A stretch of DNA of 54,313 nucleotides, taken from positions 1 to 54,313 of the IMG/VR virus record IMGVR_UViG_3300043395_001470; one strand, given 5' to 3'. This stretch comes from a virus (taxonomy: Duplodnaviria; Caudoviricetes). Of this stretch, positions 16,828 to 25,023 are shown piece after piece. The number at the start of each line of letters is the position of its first letter. Position 1 is the first letter of the stretch. The notes below the pieces were generated by a model that made no database searches, was not told the origin of the DNA, and worked only from the letters and a program-made list of their open reading frames with translations. The position numbers and the translations under genes are program-made.

Positions 16828-18518
16828 GCTTTTCTCACAAGGAAGTTTCCAATCACAAGATAATCAATATCCATATTTAAAAATGAACGAATAGCATCTT
16901 GTGGTGTTTCGATAATTGGTTCACCATTATCGTTGAATGAGGTATTTAGAAGAACTGGAATACCCGAGATTTCATTAAACTTACGAAGAAGTGTAGTAAC
17001 ATGAGGACTTAAATGTTCATTTACAGTTTGAATCCTACAAGTCTTATCTTCATGAGTGATTGCTCCAAGAGTATCAATCTTATCATCTTTTACTGTCAGA
17101 GAGTAAAGCATGTAAGGAGAGTTGAAGTCTTCATTAAAGTATTCTGTCAGATGTTCCTCCAACATAATACCTGCAAAAGGTCTCCAATATTCACGATGTT
17201 TTACTCGATGATTCATCACATCCTTATTTTCTTTTGGTCCAGGATGCATTAAAAGTGAACGAGATCCAAGTGCCCTTGGACCAAACTCAGAACGATTCTG
17301 GAACCACCCAATAATCTTATTATTATTCAGTTCTTGTGCGGTAAACTCACAAAGATCTTCAAAGTTTTTATATCTTTCATAAGTAACTCCCGAATCATTC
17401 AGTGATGATTCAATCTCATCATTTGAGTATTCTTTACCCAGAAGAGCAATATTATCAGGAAGTTCGATTGGTTGATTATTTTTAAATTGACCAAAACATG
17501 CTGCACCAAAATGAAGACCTACATCATTAGGACATGGTGGAACATGAATATCCTTAAACAATCCACTTTGTTTGAGAACAGAGTTGCCAAGAACATTCAA
17601 GAATGAACCACCAGAGAAGCAAATATAGTCCTCAAGATAAGAGTTTTTCTTCAGTTCTGTAACATAGTCCAACAACGCAAGTTCGAAGTTCTTTTGAATA
17701 ATGAAAGCTTTCTCATCAGCATTTCGGAACTTAAATGCATTTGTTGGATCTTTCACAAAAGTCACATAAGGAATATCATCATAAGCAAGATCCTTTGACA
17801 TTTGATACATGAGGTTTTCATCAGTAAAGTTCATAGAACTTCCGTATGCCGAAAGACCCATGATCTTACCATCCCAAGTCTCACGATACTTTTCATCCCA
17901 TCCATCAATATTTTTTTGAACTTTTTCACAATAAATCTGATGAGAAAGTGAGTGATAAAATCCACCAAAATCATTTGATCCTGGAATACCATTAAAGAAT
18001 CGGAAGATGCCCTTTTCCTTATTAAAATAACCAATAGAGTTGGTCTCTGCCATCATGGTTCCAGTAAACCCACAATTAAATGTGAGAGAACCAGCACCAT
18101 CTAAAGTGATAAATGACCCTTCATTAAATTTTGAAGAAAACACTGAAGCAGCAGCATGACTTAAGTGGTGAGAAACCAACTTAAACTCTGCATTTGGAAA
18201 TCTCTCCTCAATCATTCTCTTTACAGTCCCTTCGTACCATTTCTTATAGAACATGGTCACACACATTGAAGGAACACAAACCAAATCTACGTCTTCTCCA
18301 CTGATGTTTCCAGCAGATAAACAATAGTCGATTGAGTTTTGTGGAAAGTTTCCATCATGCTTTTTACGAGTAAGTCGTTCTTCAGAAATAGAGCAGATAT
18401 GTTTTCCATTTACAAACAAAGTTGCCCCAGCATCATGACACCATGTGGGTTCACCTTGTTCGTTGACTGATTTATCTGCCCTCCAATCAAAAGAACCATA
18501 AAGACCAAGAGTAATCAT
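16824..18518 (-). CDS. Carbamoyltransferase (NodU/CmcH/TobZ family)
   Basis: HDAGA, SEERLTRKKH, HHLSHAA, LDGAG, GKIMGLSAYG, EFGPRALGSRS, RPFA, LNTSFN motifs. Confidence 0.92.
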   Translation of the reverse strand: MITLGLYGSFDWRADKSVNEQGEPTWCHDAGATLFVNGKHICSISEERLTRKKHDGNFPQNSIDYCLSAGNISGEDVDLVCVPSMCVTMFYKKWYEGTVKRMIEERFPNAEFKLVSHHLSHAAASVFSSKFNEGSFITLDGAGSLTFNCGFTGTMMAETNSIGYFNKEKGIFRFFNGIPGSNDFGGFYHSLSHQIYCEKVQKNIDGWDEKYRETWDGKIMGLSAYGSSMNFTDENLMYQMSKDLAYDDIPYVTFVKDPTNAFKFRNADEKAFIIQKNFELALLDYVTELKKNSYLEDYICFSGGSFLNVLGNSVLKQSGLFKDIHVPPCPNDVGLHFGAACFGQFKNNQPIELPDNIALLGKEYSNDEIESSLNDSGVTYERYKNFEDLCEFTAQELNNNKIIGWFQNRSEFGPRALGSRSLLMHPGPKENKDVMNHRVKHREYWRPFAGIMLEEHLTEYFNEDFNSPYMLYSLTVKDDKIDTLGAITHEDKTCRIQTVNEHLSPHVTTLLRKFNEISGIPVLLNTSFNDNGEPIIETPQDAIRSFLNMDIDYLVIGNFLVRKA

Positions 18519-18521
18519 AGA

Positions 18522-19244
18522 TTAACCATTCCCCATATCAAATGCAAATTGTGCTCGTTGTCCGTCTTGAAGAACATAATGGAAAAAGATTTGATGATAA
18601 TATAAACCTTCTTTTTCTACCTTTGCTCCATACCAAGTTCTTTTATATTCTCTTGGAAGAGGTTCCCTCCAGTGTGGTCTCTCACAACCTTTGTAAATCA
18701 TACCATCACCAGGACCAAGAATCACCGAACGATTCTCACCTTTCTTGATGATATTTGCTTTGGTCTTAGGGTCATCATAAGTATCTGGAGTTTTAATCCA
18801 AATAGGCCATGGATTACTTACATTTGAACTTACATGAATCGTAACTGAAATCTCACAAGCAGGACGATCTGCATGATTGGTCAGTGCTTGCCCTGGATTA
18901 TAAAACCTATCATAATAGTAAGTATTATAAAGTTTCTTACCGATTGCTTTCTCAAGTTTTAAACGAATCTGAGAATGGGCAAACTTGTAAGGAGGCCAAT
19001 AGTATCTTGAAGTTGATCCTTCAACCTGTCCTTCTAATGGAATGTGAGAAAACTTCTCAATCTTTCCGTAGTAATTGTATTGACCTTTGATTTCTGGTGG
19101 ATCACAATAAAGATCTTTTGGATCCCACAGATTTTTTAGAACCAGATATCCATCTCGATCAAACTGTTCATTATTTGTTGGCGATGAACCTGAGTTAATT
19201 CTTTCCTGCCAATCGATGGCATCTTGTGTCATTTGTTCTGCCAT
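18522..19244 (-). CDS. 2OG-Fe(II) oxygenase
   Basis: HxD (HADRPACEISVT), distal His (HWREP), QIFFHYV. Confidence 0.8.
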   Translation of the reverse strand: MAEQMTQDAIDWQERINSGSSPTNNEQFDRDGYLVLKNLWDPKDLYCDPPEIKGQYNYYGKIEKFSHIPLEGQVEGSTSRYYWPPYKFAHSQIRLKLEKAIGKKLYNTYYYDRFYNPGQALTNHADRPACEISVTIHVSSNVSNPWPIWIKTPDTYDDPKTKANIIKKGENRSVILGPGDGMIYKGCERPHWREPLPREYKRTWYGAKVEKEGLYYHQIFFHYVLQDGQRAQFAFDMGNG

Positions 19245-19247
19245 AAT

Positions 19248-19955
19248 TTAAATCTCCTTTGATTTTATTCCCCCCAAAGTCCACCCTTCACCGGGACATT
19301 CTTTTGAGAATTTTTGTTGTTCTCCATTATTCCAAAGTTTTCTGCCAATTTTTGATTGACCTATTTTGTCACGGACATTTGGTGGAGTTACTTTTCCGTA
19401 ATTTGGATTGTTTTCTCCTTTGTTGTTTTCTCTAAATTTTGCTTTTGACTCTTCTGAATGTTTTCTACCTTTAAAAGGATGACCTAATGTTCTGAATTGT
19501 TCTAAAGTTTTTTGCCTTATCAATTCTTTTGTTTCTTGAGAATGACTTTTTCCATAAAAATGATTGTCTTCTCTATATTTTTTTATTCCAGGTCTTCCTT
19601 TTGAAGATTTTGAAAGTTTTTCTCTGGTTTCTTTTGAATGTTTTCTTCCGTAAAATGGATTATCTTCACCAAACTTTTTTTCTGCATAATAAAATCCAGT
19701 GGTTTTTTGTCTTGCCTTATTTGCAAAATGTGGATTTTTATCTACTTGATAAAACTTATGAAGATTTACTTCAGCCTGAAGTGCTTCTTCTCTTGTGGAA
19801 AAAGTTTCAAGAATTATCTTATGAGAAGGGTTGAAAGTTTCATCGTGATAAGAACCAAGATAGTTATCTTCTTCAGGAAGACATTTACAGGTTCTACAAC
19901 CTATGTAACCTCTACCAAACTCCTCATAAGAATAATAAACATAATGATTTTCCAT
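19248..19955 (-). CDS. GIY-YIG (Seg-like) homing endonuclease with NUMOD3 repeats
   Basis: HYVYYSYEEFGRGYIG...YLGS...E...N; NPFYGRKHS repeats. Confidence 0.8.
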   Translation of the reverse strand: MENHYVYYSYEEFGRGYIGCRTCKCLPEEDNYLGSYHDETFNPSHKIILETFSTREEALQAEVNLHKFYQVDKNPHFANKARQKTTGFYYAEKKFGEDNPFYGRKHSKETREKLSKSSKGRPGIKKYREDNHFYGKSHSQETKELIRQKTLEQFRTLGHPFKGRKHSEESKAKFRENNKGENNPNYGKVTPPNVRDKIGQSKIGRKLWNNGEQQKFSKECPGEGWTLGGIKSKEI

Positions 19956-19971
19956 AGTATTATTGGTCCTA

Positions 19972-19998
19972 GATGGAGTTATTTATATTACCTCCATC
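19972..19998 (-). promoter_or_regulatory. Late promoter TATAAATA in the loop of a GATGGAG/CTCCATC hairpin
   Basis: Direct reading; architecture like T4 HEG translational-control hairpins. Confidence 0.6.
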
Positions 19999-20003
19999 GG
20001 GGT

Positions 20004-20639
20004 TCAGCGCCACCGGTTTCCCACGCACCATCCAACTAGTGACTTTCTGACACCACTAGTTACTTTCTGAACCCTATGTTGTGTCCTTGAATCAAAGAGA
20101 ATAATCGCACCTCTTTGACGAGGAGCAATATAAGATTTTCCACTCTCTCCAAGAAGTTGGAGATTGCCGCCTTCATAAGTATCGGGATCAGAAAGAAGCA
20201 AACTAAAAGATAACTTTCTTACTTTTTCGCAACTTTCATTAATAAAATCCTGAGCAATCTCATTTCCATTTCCACGATTACCTGCAGATACTGGCTTATA
20301 GAGACTATCAATACCTGCGTCATTATGCCAACCATAATACTCCCCTTCTCCATACACAGTATATTGAAGTGATTCGCCATCAATATTATCTAAATCATAT
20401 AAAAAGTTTTCACGATTTGCTCGTTGCACATAATGCCAAACAAATCCACCAATCCAGTGAGATGTTGGCACCCATGCATTTTTTGCGTTTCTTTTATCTT
20501 TATCTACAGTTCCATAATCTCCACCACCCACTCGTGAATCTTGAAGGTGTGGATCAAAGTTTTCTGCAAGGTCTTCTTCAATTATATCAATAATCTTATT
20601 CGGGATATCACTGTAGTACCAAATCGACTGATATGCCAA
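20004..20639 (-). CDS. 2OG-Fe(II) oxygenase (prolyl-4-hydroxylase-like)
   Basis: YGWHND...RKLSFSLLLS...YEGG...HRVQKVTSGVRKSLVGW; TTG start. Confidence 0.85.
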   Translation of the reverse strand: MAYQSIWYYSDIPNKIIDIIEEDLAENFDPHLQDSRVGGGDYGTVDKDKRNAKNAWVPTSHWIGGFVWHYVQRANRENFLYDLDNIDGESLQYTVYGEGEYYGWHNDAGIDSLYKPVSAGNRGNGNEIAQDFINESCEKVRKLSFSLLLSDPDTYEGGNLQLLGESGKSYIAPRQRGAIILFDSRTQHRVQKVTSGVRKSLVGWCVGNRWR

Positions 20640-20668
20640 AAGTCAATCTCCTTATGTTATTCAGACAC

Positions 20669-20697
20669 ATTATATATCAGTTTTTTTATAGTGTCAA
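20669..20697 (-). promoter_or_regulatory. Consensus sigma70-type early promoter TTGACA-17-TATAAT
   Basis: -35 at 20692-20697 (overlaps HEG stop), -10 at 20669-20674. Confidence 0.75.
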
Positions 20698-21317
20698 TTT
20701 ACTTTTTCAACCTTTATAATGTCCTTATATTTTTTTCTATAACCAAGTTTTACATTATAAATTCCAGAATAATGATATTCACTATCTTTCATAAAATCCA
20801 TAATATTTTTAATGATAATACTTTTACCATTATCAAAAGTAATTTTATGAGGACTTGATTTTGATGCACTCACTTTTCTTTTATGTTCTTCGGTACAAGT
20901 TCTACCTTTTCTAACCGCAGACATTTTTGCTTTTGTTTCTTCACTTAATTTTTTACCTCTATTACTTTCAGCAATCTTATCATAAACCCACTGTGGCCTT
21001 TTCTTACCAAGATTTGCTTGACGAAGTTTTTCTCTTGTTTCCTTACTTCTTACAGCACCAGAAGCACCATCTCCACCGTCACTTTTATTTCTTAAGATTC
21101 CATTATTTAAATCAATCCTACCAAACATTAAGATATAAAGTTTCTCTAAAAGAAATGCCTCTTCTTCAGTGAGATTATCTTTAATAATTTTAACTCTTGA
21201 TTTATCTCTTGGTGGTTTGACTTCTTTTGGACCTTTTGTATAGGCTCTTTTTCCAGAACCTTTACCGATATAATATGGACTATGATCTTCCCGTAAATAC
21301 GAGTAAACGTAATACAT
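20694..21317 (-). CDS. GIY-YIG-like homing endonuclease with NUMOD3 repeats
   Basis: YYVYSYLRED.SPYYIGKG...R...E..YI..FGR...LRNKSDGGDG; SEETKAKMS. Confidence 0.8.
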   Translation of the reverse strand: MYYVYSYLREDHSPYYIGKGSGKRAYTKGPKEVKPPRDKSRVKIIKDNLTEEEAFLLEKLYILMFGRIDLNNGILRNKSDGGDGASGAVRSKETREKLRQANLGKKRPQWVYDKIAESNRGKKLSEETKAKMSAVRKGRTCTEEHKRKVSASKSSPHKITFDNGKSIIIKNIMDFMKDSEYHYSGIYNVKLGYRKKYKDIIKVEKVN

Positions 21318-21349
21318 TTCTACTCAAATGAACCGCAGAAATATTTATA

Positions 21350-21400
21350 CTAAAAAGGAGGGACTTTCACCCTCCTCCTGAAGTTTGCGGTTCATCAGGT
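21350..21400 (-). ncRNA. Predicted HEG-associated antisense small RNA, copy 2
   Basis: ATAAATA at 21406-21412; terminator 21357-21375 plus T-tract; segment 21386-21395 complementary to the leader at 21328-21337. Confidence 0.5.
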
Positions 21401-21414
21401 TTAGTTATTTATGT

Positions 21415-21759
21415 TTATACCGAAGGATTTACTACAGGATTTTCTACCAATATCCAGTTTACAGTATCTTCATCCCATTCATAATGAGATCCTTCTGGGG
21501 CATCAGTTGGCATAGGAACTGGTGCTTCCCATCTAAACTCATCATTAAGAATCCATGATGGATAAGGTGCATCGGGATAGAAAGCATTTGCAGTTGCATC
21601 GTAGTTATCATCACGATTGACTGGATAACCAATTGTATTAATATCCCAAGGAATTATATCACATTCAGTTGTCCAATATGGATCAAGGTCTGACTGACCA
21701 TCCCATTCAATATTATTGACGACTTTATTTGTTTCTTTAGATACTGCTGCGTAATTCAT
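21415..21759 (-). CDS. Tail-fibre-associated small protein (assembly-chaperone-like)
   Basis: PYPSWILN...WEAPVPMP...YEWDE pattern; directly downstream of the Gly-rich adhesin. Confidence 0.6.
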   Translation of the reverse strand: MNYAAVSKETNKVVNNIEWDGQSDLDPYWTTECDIIPWDINTIGYPVNRDDNYDATANAFYPDAPYPSWILNDEFRWEAPVPMPTDAPEGSHYEWDEDTVNWILVENPVVNPSV

Positions 21760-21794
21760 GGTTTTTCTCCTTTAAAGTTTTATGGATATTTAGA

Positions 21795-22610
21795 TTACCA
21801 CTCAACGATTACGAATCCTGGTGATCCTGTTCCAGCTGCTACTGGGCCTCCATCCCCGGAGGATCCTCCGGCACCAAATCCAGTAGCATTTCTAAAGCAA
21901 TAACCACCACCAGTGCCAAAATAACTAGATTGACCATGACCACTGCTGCCATAGATCGAACCAGGAGCTCCACCTGCCGATGTGACCAAGGTACAAGAAC
22001 ATTGTCTAACTTGTCCGGGATTACTAATTAGATGAGTGGCAGTACTAGGAACACATCCATAATTACCTTGAGATCCTCCACTAAAGCAGCCGCCGCCACA
22101 TCCAGTACACCCACCTTCTGTTAAGAATACTGTAGGACCACCAAAAACAGTATCTCCTCCTGCTCCACCAATAGTCACCGGATAAGAACTACATGCTGGT
22201 GGTACGGTTAAGTATTTAACTGCTGCTGCTCCTGCTCCGCCACCTCCAGATCGGTACTGATCCCCCCCGAAGAGGGGGCAGCTAGAACCATTACCACCAC
22301 CACCAATTGCAGTAATCTTTAAAGTCGTTGTTCCTGGTGGAACACTAAAGGTTCCTGGTGAACTAAAAGTACATACTCTAATACCACCTAAAGAACCAGT
22401 AATGGCACCTGAAGGAATATTAGAAAGTCCCGAACCACTTCCAGAGAAACATGAAGTAGCACAAACAACTCCACCAGTTACTGTTCCTGGAACTGTTGCT
22501 GTTCCTGCTGTTAAAGTACCAGTTACACATCCTGTAGCAGCAGTGGATACTCCAGCATTTACATTTCTACTGTCGTCTATTACTGTACAACCGTTGACTT
22601 TAATTGCCAT
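21795..22610 (-). CDS. Cys-rich glycine-rich adhesin/tail protein, paralog of 14493..15875
   Basis: Shares near-identical DNA blocks with 14493..15875; ends GFVIVEW. Confidence 0.75.
   Translation of the reverse strand: MAIKVNGCTVIDDSRNVNAGVSTAATGCVTGTLTAGTATVPGTVTGGVVCATSCFSGSGSGLSNIPSGAITGSLGGIRVCTFSSPGTFSVPPGTTTLKITAIGGGGNGSSCPLFGGDQYRSGGGGAGAAAVKYLTVPPACSSYPVTIGGAGGDTVFGGPTVFLTEGGCTGCGGGCFSGGSQGNYGCVPSTATHLISNPGQVRQCSCTLVTSAGGAPGSIYGSSGHGQSSYFGTGGGYCFRNATGFGAGGSSGDGGPVAAGTGSPGFVIVEW
22120..22513. repeat. Duplicated blocks shared with the 14493..15875 gene (22120-22205 vs 14908-14993; 22414-22513 vs 15196-15295)
   Basis: Direct nucleotide comparison, few mismatches. Confidence 0.85.
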
Positions 22611-22641
22611 CGTCGTGTCTCCACTCGGCTTTTACTTTTGA

Positions 22642-24555
22642 TTATTTATTATTTTTTAACTGTTCTATCTCAGCAGAAAGTTCTTTTACTGCCTCAATAA
22701 GAACACCAATAATACCATTATAGTTCACAGTTTTTGGATCAGTATCTGTAACGAGTTCTGGTAAAATCTGTTCAAGTTCTTGTGCGATCACACCATAAGA
22801 AGGTTTATGATCTCTCTTCCACTCAAATCTTACACCACGGAGATCATTTACGATACTCACAGCATCACTTACGGTTGTGATGTTTTCTTTTAGATTAAGA
22901 TCTGATGTTGAGTTAAAGTCAAATGCAGTAACAACACCAACAGTGATAACTCCACCAGAAGTAATGGTAACTGCTGAACCAACTCGTGCTGATACTGCAG
23001 TTAGAACACCAGTTATACTAGCATCTCCAAATACATGAAGTCTTGATGTTGCTGTAGAACCAAGACCTACATTACCAGAAGAGTTGATGTGGATTCTGGT
23101 TTCTGCTTGAGTATTATCAGTGATTCTGAAGTTTGGATTTGATCCACTACCCTCAACATCAATAGCCCATGCATTTGTATTATCAGAGGCACGAGCAAAT
23201 ACAATTTCACCACCAGCAGAAACAGAGTCAAGTCTTGCTAATCTAAGGTCCCCATGAACATCTAAGAGACTAATTGGTGCGTTGGTTCCGATACCAACAC
23301 TACCAACACCAGTAACGACAAAAGGAGTAGCATCAACATTTGCTGAATCTTCAACTACAAGAGCATTTCCAGATCCAGTTTGAGTAATTCTGACAATATT
23401 ATCTGTTGAGTTTCCAGAGAATACTGCAAGATTTCCACTAAATGTACCAGCAAATCCAGTCGCAGAAGCAATACCAGTAACTACAATACCATTTGGATTT
23501 GCAGTTAAGATTGTATTTCCTACTGATACAATACCAAATTGTCCTGCTGTTGGTGAGAACCATCCAGTATTTGTATAACCTTCAAAATATGCTGATGGGT
23601 TATTTGCGGATCCCATAGAGAACGCAACACCAGCAAGAGTTGGATTGACACCAACATTAAATGGTGCAGCATCTACCCAGAATGCAGATGAACCAACTCC
23701 AAGAATCACCTCATCATAATAGATAAAGGTTCTACCATAATCAATATGATAGAATAAGTCACCATTTGTTGGTGCAGAAAGAATTGATAATGGAGTCCCT
23801 GGGAATGTGGAACCAATACCAATGGCTCCTCCACCACCTCCACCACCACCTTGGAAGAAGATAGTGGCAATACCTACAGAACTATTGTAGATAGAAGTGG
23901 ATACACCTGCTCCCTTAAGATCTAAGAAAGTAATTCCATAACCAACAACACCACCAGTGGTTCCAATACCAATACCTTTAATGGCATTTGATGCCAGATT
24001 CAGATATTGACCATCACCATAATATGTTACAACACCTGATGTTGCAGTTACAATACCAGAAACAATCCGAACAGTTCCAATCGTTGCTGCTGTACCTGTT
24101 AAGTTCGTTACTGTACCGTTGGTAACAATACCAGAAACAGCATAAAGGTTTGGAGTTAAAACTACTCCTGAGTTTAATGTAGTAGAATAAGAACTAGTAT
24201 AAGTTGATATTGTACCAGATAGATTGGTTACAACACCAGAAATAGCATTTACATTATTCGCATTTACGATTCCAAAGTTACCTGTGGTATATGTTAATCC
24301 TGTGCCTGTGATGGATGTAACAACACCAACATTAATGTAACCGTTAGATGCAAACGCATCAGTTGACTTCAATGTTGGAATCGTTGCAATACCAGTTACA
24401 ACTAAACTTGTAGCACCGATGCCACCATTAACTTGAAGTTTTTCTGGAGTTATGGTAGTTCCAATACCGACCGTATTTCTATCCTTATCGGCAAAAATAA
24501 GATTATCGTTTACCTCTATGCCGTTCTTGACGACAAAATTCTTTTGTACTGCCAT
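22642..24555 (-). CDS. Tail fibre protein with C-terminal peptidase S74-type chaperone
   Basis: GIGT repeats, SGNVGLG, SDLNLKENI...GVIAQELE...LIEAVKEL. Confidence 0.85.
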   Translation of the reverse strand: MAVQKNFVVKNGIEVNDNLIFADKDRNTVGIGTTITPEKLQVNGGIGATSLVVTGIATIPTLKSTDAFASNGYINVGVVTSITGTGLTYTTGNFGIVNANNVNAISGVVTNLSGTISTYTSSYSTTLNSGVVLTPNLYAVSGIVTNGTVTNLTGTAATIGTVRIVSGIVTATSGVVTYYGDGQYLNLASNAIKGIGIGTTGGVVGYGITFLDLKGAGVSTSIYNSSVGIATIFFQGGGGGGGGAIGIGSTFPGTPLSILSAPTNGDLFYHIDYGRTFIYYDEVILGVGSSAFWVDAAPFNVGVNPTLAGVAFSMGSANNPSAYFEGYTNTGWFSPTAGQFGIVSVGNTILTANPNGIVVTGIASATGFAGTFSGNLAVFSGNSTDNIVRITQTGSGNALVVEDSANVDATPFVVTGVGSVGIGTNAPISLLDVHGDLRLARLDSVSAGGEIVFARASDNTNAWAIDVEGSGSNPNFRITDNTQAETRIHINSSGNVGLGSTATSRLHVFGDASITGVLTAVSARVGSAVTITSGGVITVGVVTAFDFNSTSDLNLKENITTVSDAVSIVNDLRGVRFEWKRDHKPSYGVIAQELEQILPELVTDTDPKTVNYNGIIGVLIEAVKELSAEIEQLKNNK

Positions 24556-24581
24556 CGGTGGAGAGCGCCAACCTTTCTAGT

Positions 24582-24593
24582 TATTTATAAATA
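24582..24593. promoter_or_regulatory. Overlapping divergent T4-type late promoters (TATTTATAAATA)
   Basis: TATAAATA on both strands between the divergent genes at 24555 and 24619. Confidence 0.75.
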
Positions 24594-24618
24594 CTAAAAA
24601 ACACTTTTAGGAAATCAT

Positions 24619-25023
24619 ATGGCTTCGCAAGTATTGAGTGGTTCTTCTAACCCTTCTTATACTAACAATACTGGACAAAATGTGAGAGTTGTGATTAACT
24701 TTATGTCCAACGTAACATCTATTAGTTGGGGTGGGGTATCGGTGTCAACGTCATCAACTCCAACAATTGGAAGAAATCTTGCTTTTATTAATGGTACGGG
24801 AAATGGTGACAGTAATAATATGATTTTACCATATACAACTACTACATCGCAGCAAGTACTAGTATCTACTGATAATTTTACAGGACAACAAAACTTTACA
24901 ACTCAATCTGTAACATCATCAAATTTAGCAGCATATCCAACTGAATTAATGCTTGCTCCGGGACAAGCATTTAATTCAACTTGCGGGGCGTATAATATCG
25001 TAGTTATTCCTGAAGCAGGTTAA
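24619..25023 (+). CDS. Small virion structural protein
   Basis: S/T/N-rich; SYTNNTGQNVRVVIN...PTELMLAPGQ; late promoter upstream. Confidence 0.65.
   Translation: MASQVLSGSSNPSYTNNTGQNVRVVINFMSNVTSISWGGVSVSTSSTPTIGRNLAFINGTGNGDSNNMILPYTTTTSQQVLVSTDNFTGQQNFTTQSVTSSNLAAYPTELMLAPGQAFNSTCGAYNIVVIPEAG

Noticed and set aside
19248-21317. Group I introns around the HEGs
   Set aside because: Flanking genes are intact and intergenic spaces are too short for an intron core; the HEGs are free-standing.
14493-22610. Diversity-generating retroelement explaining the duplicated adhesin blocks
   Set aside because: No reverse transcriptase in the window; both copies are coding and the mismatches are not adenine-specific.
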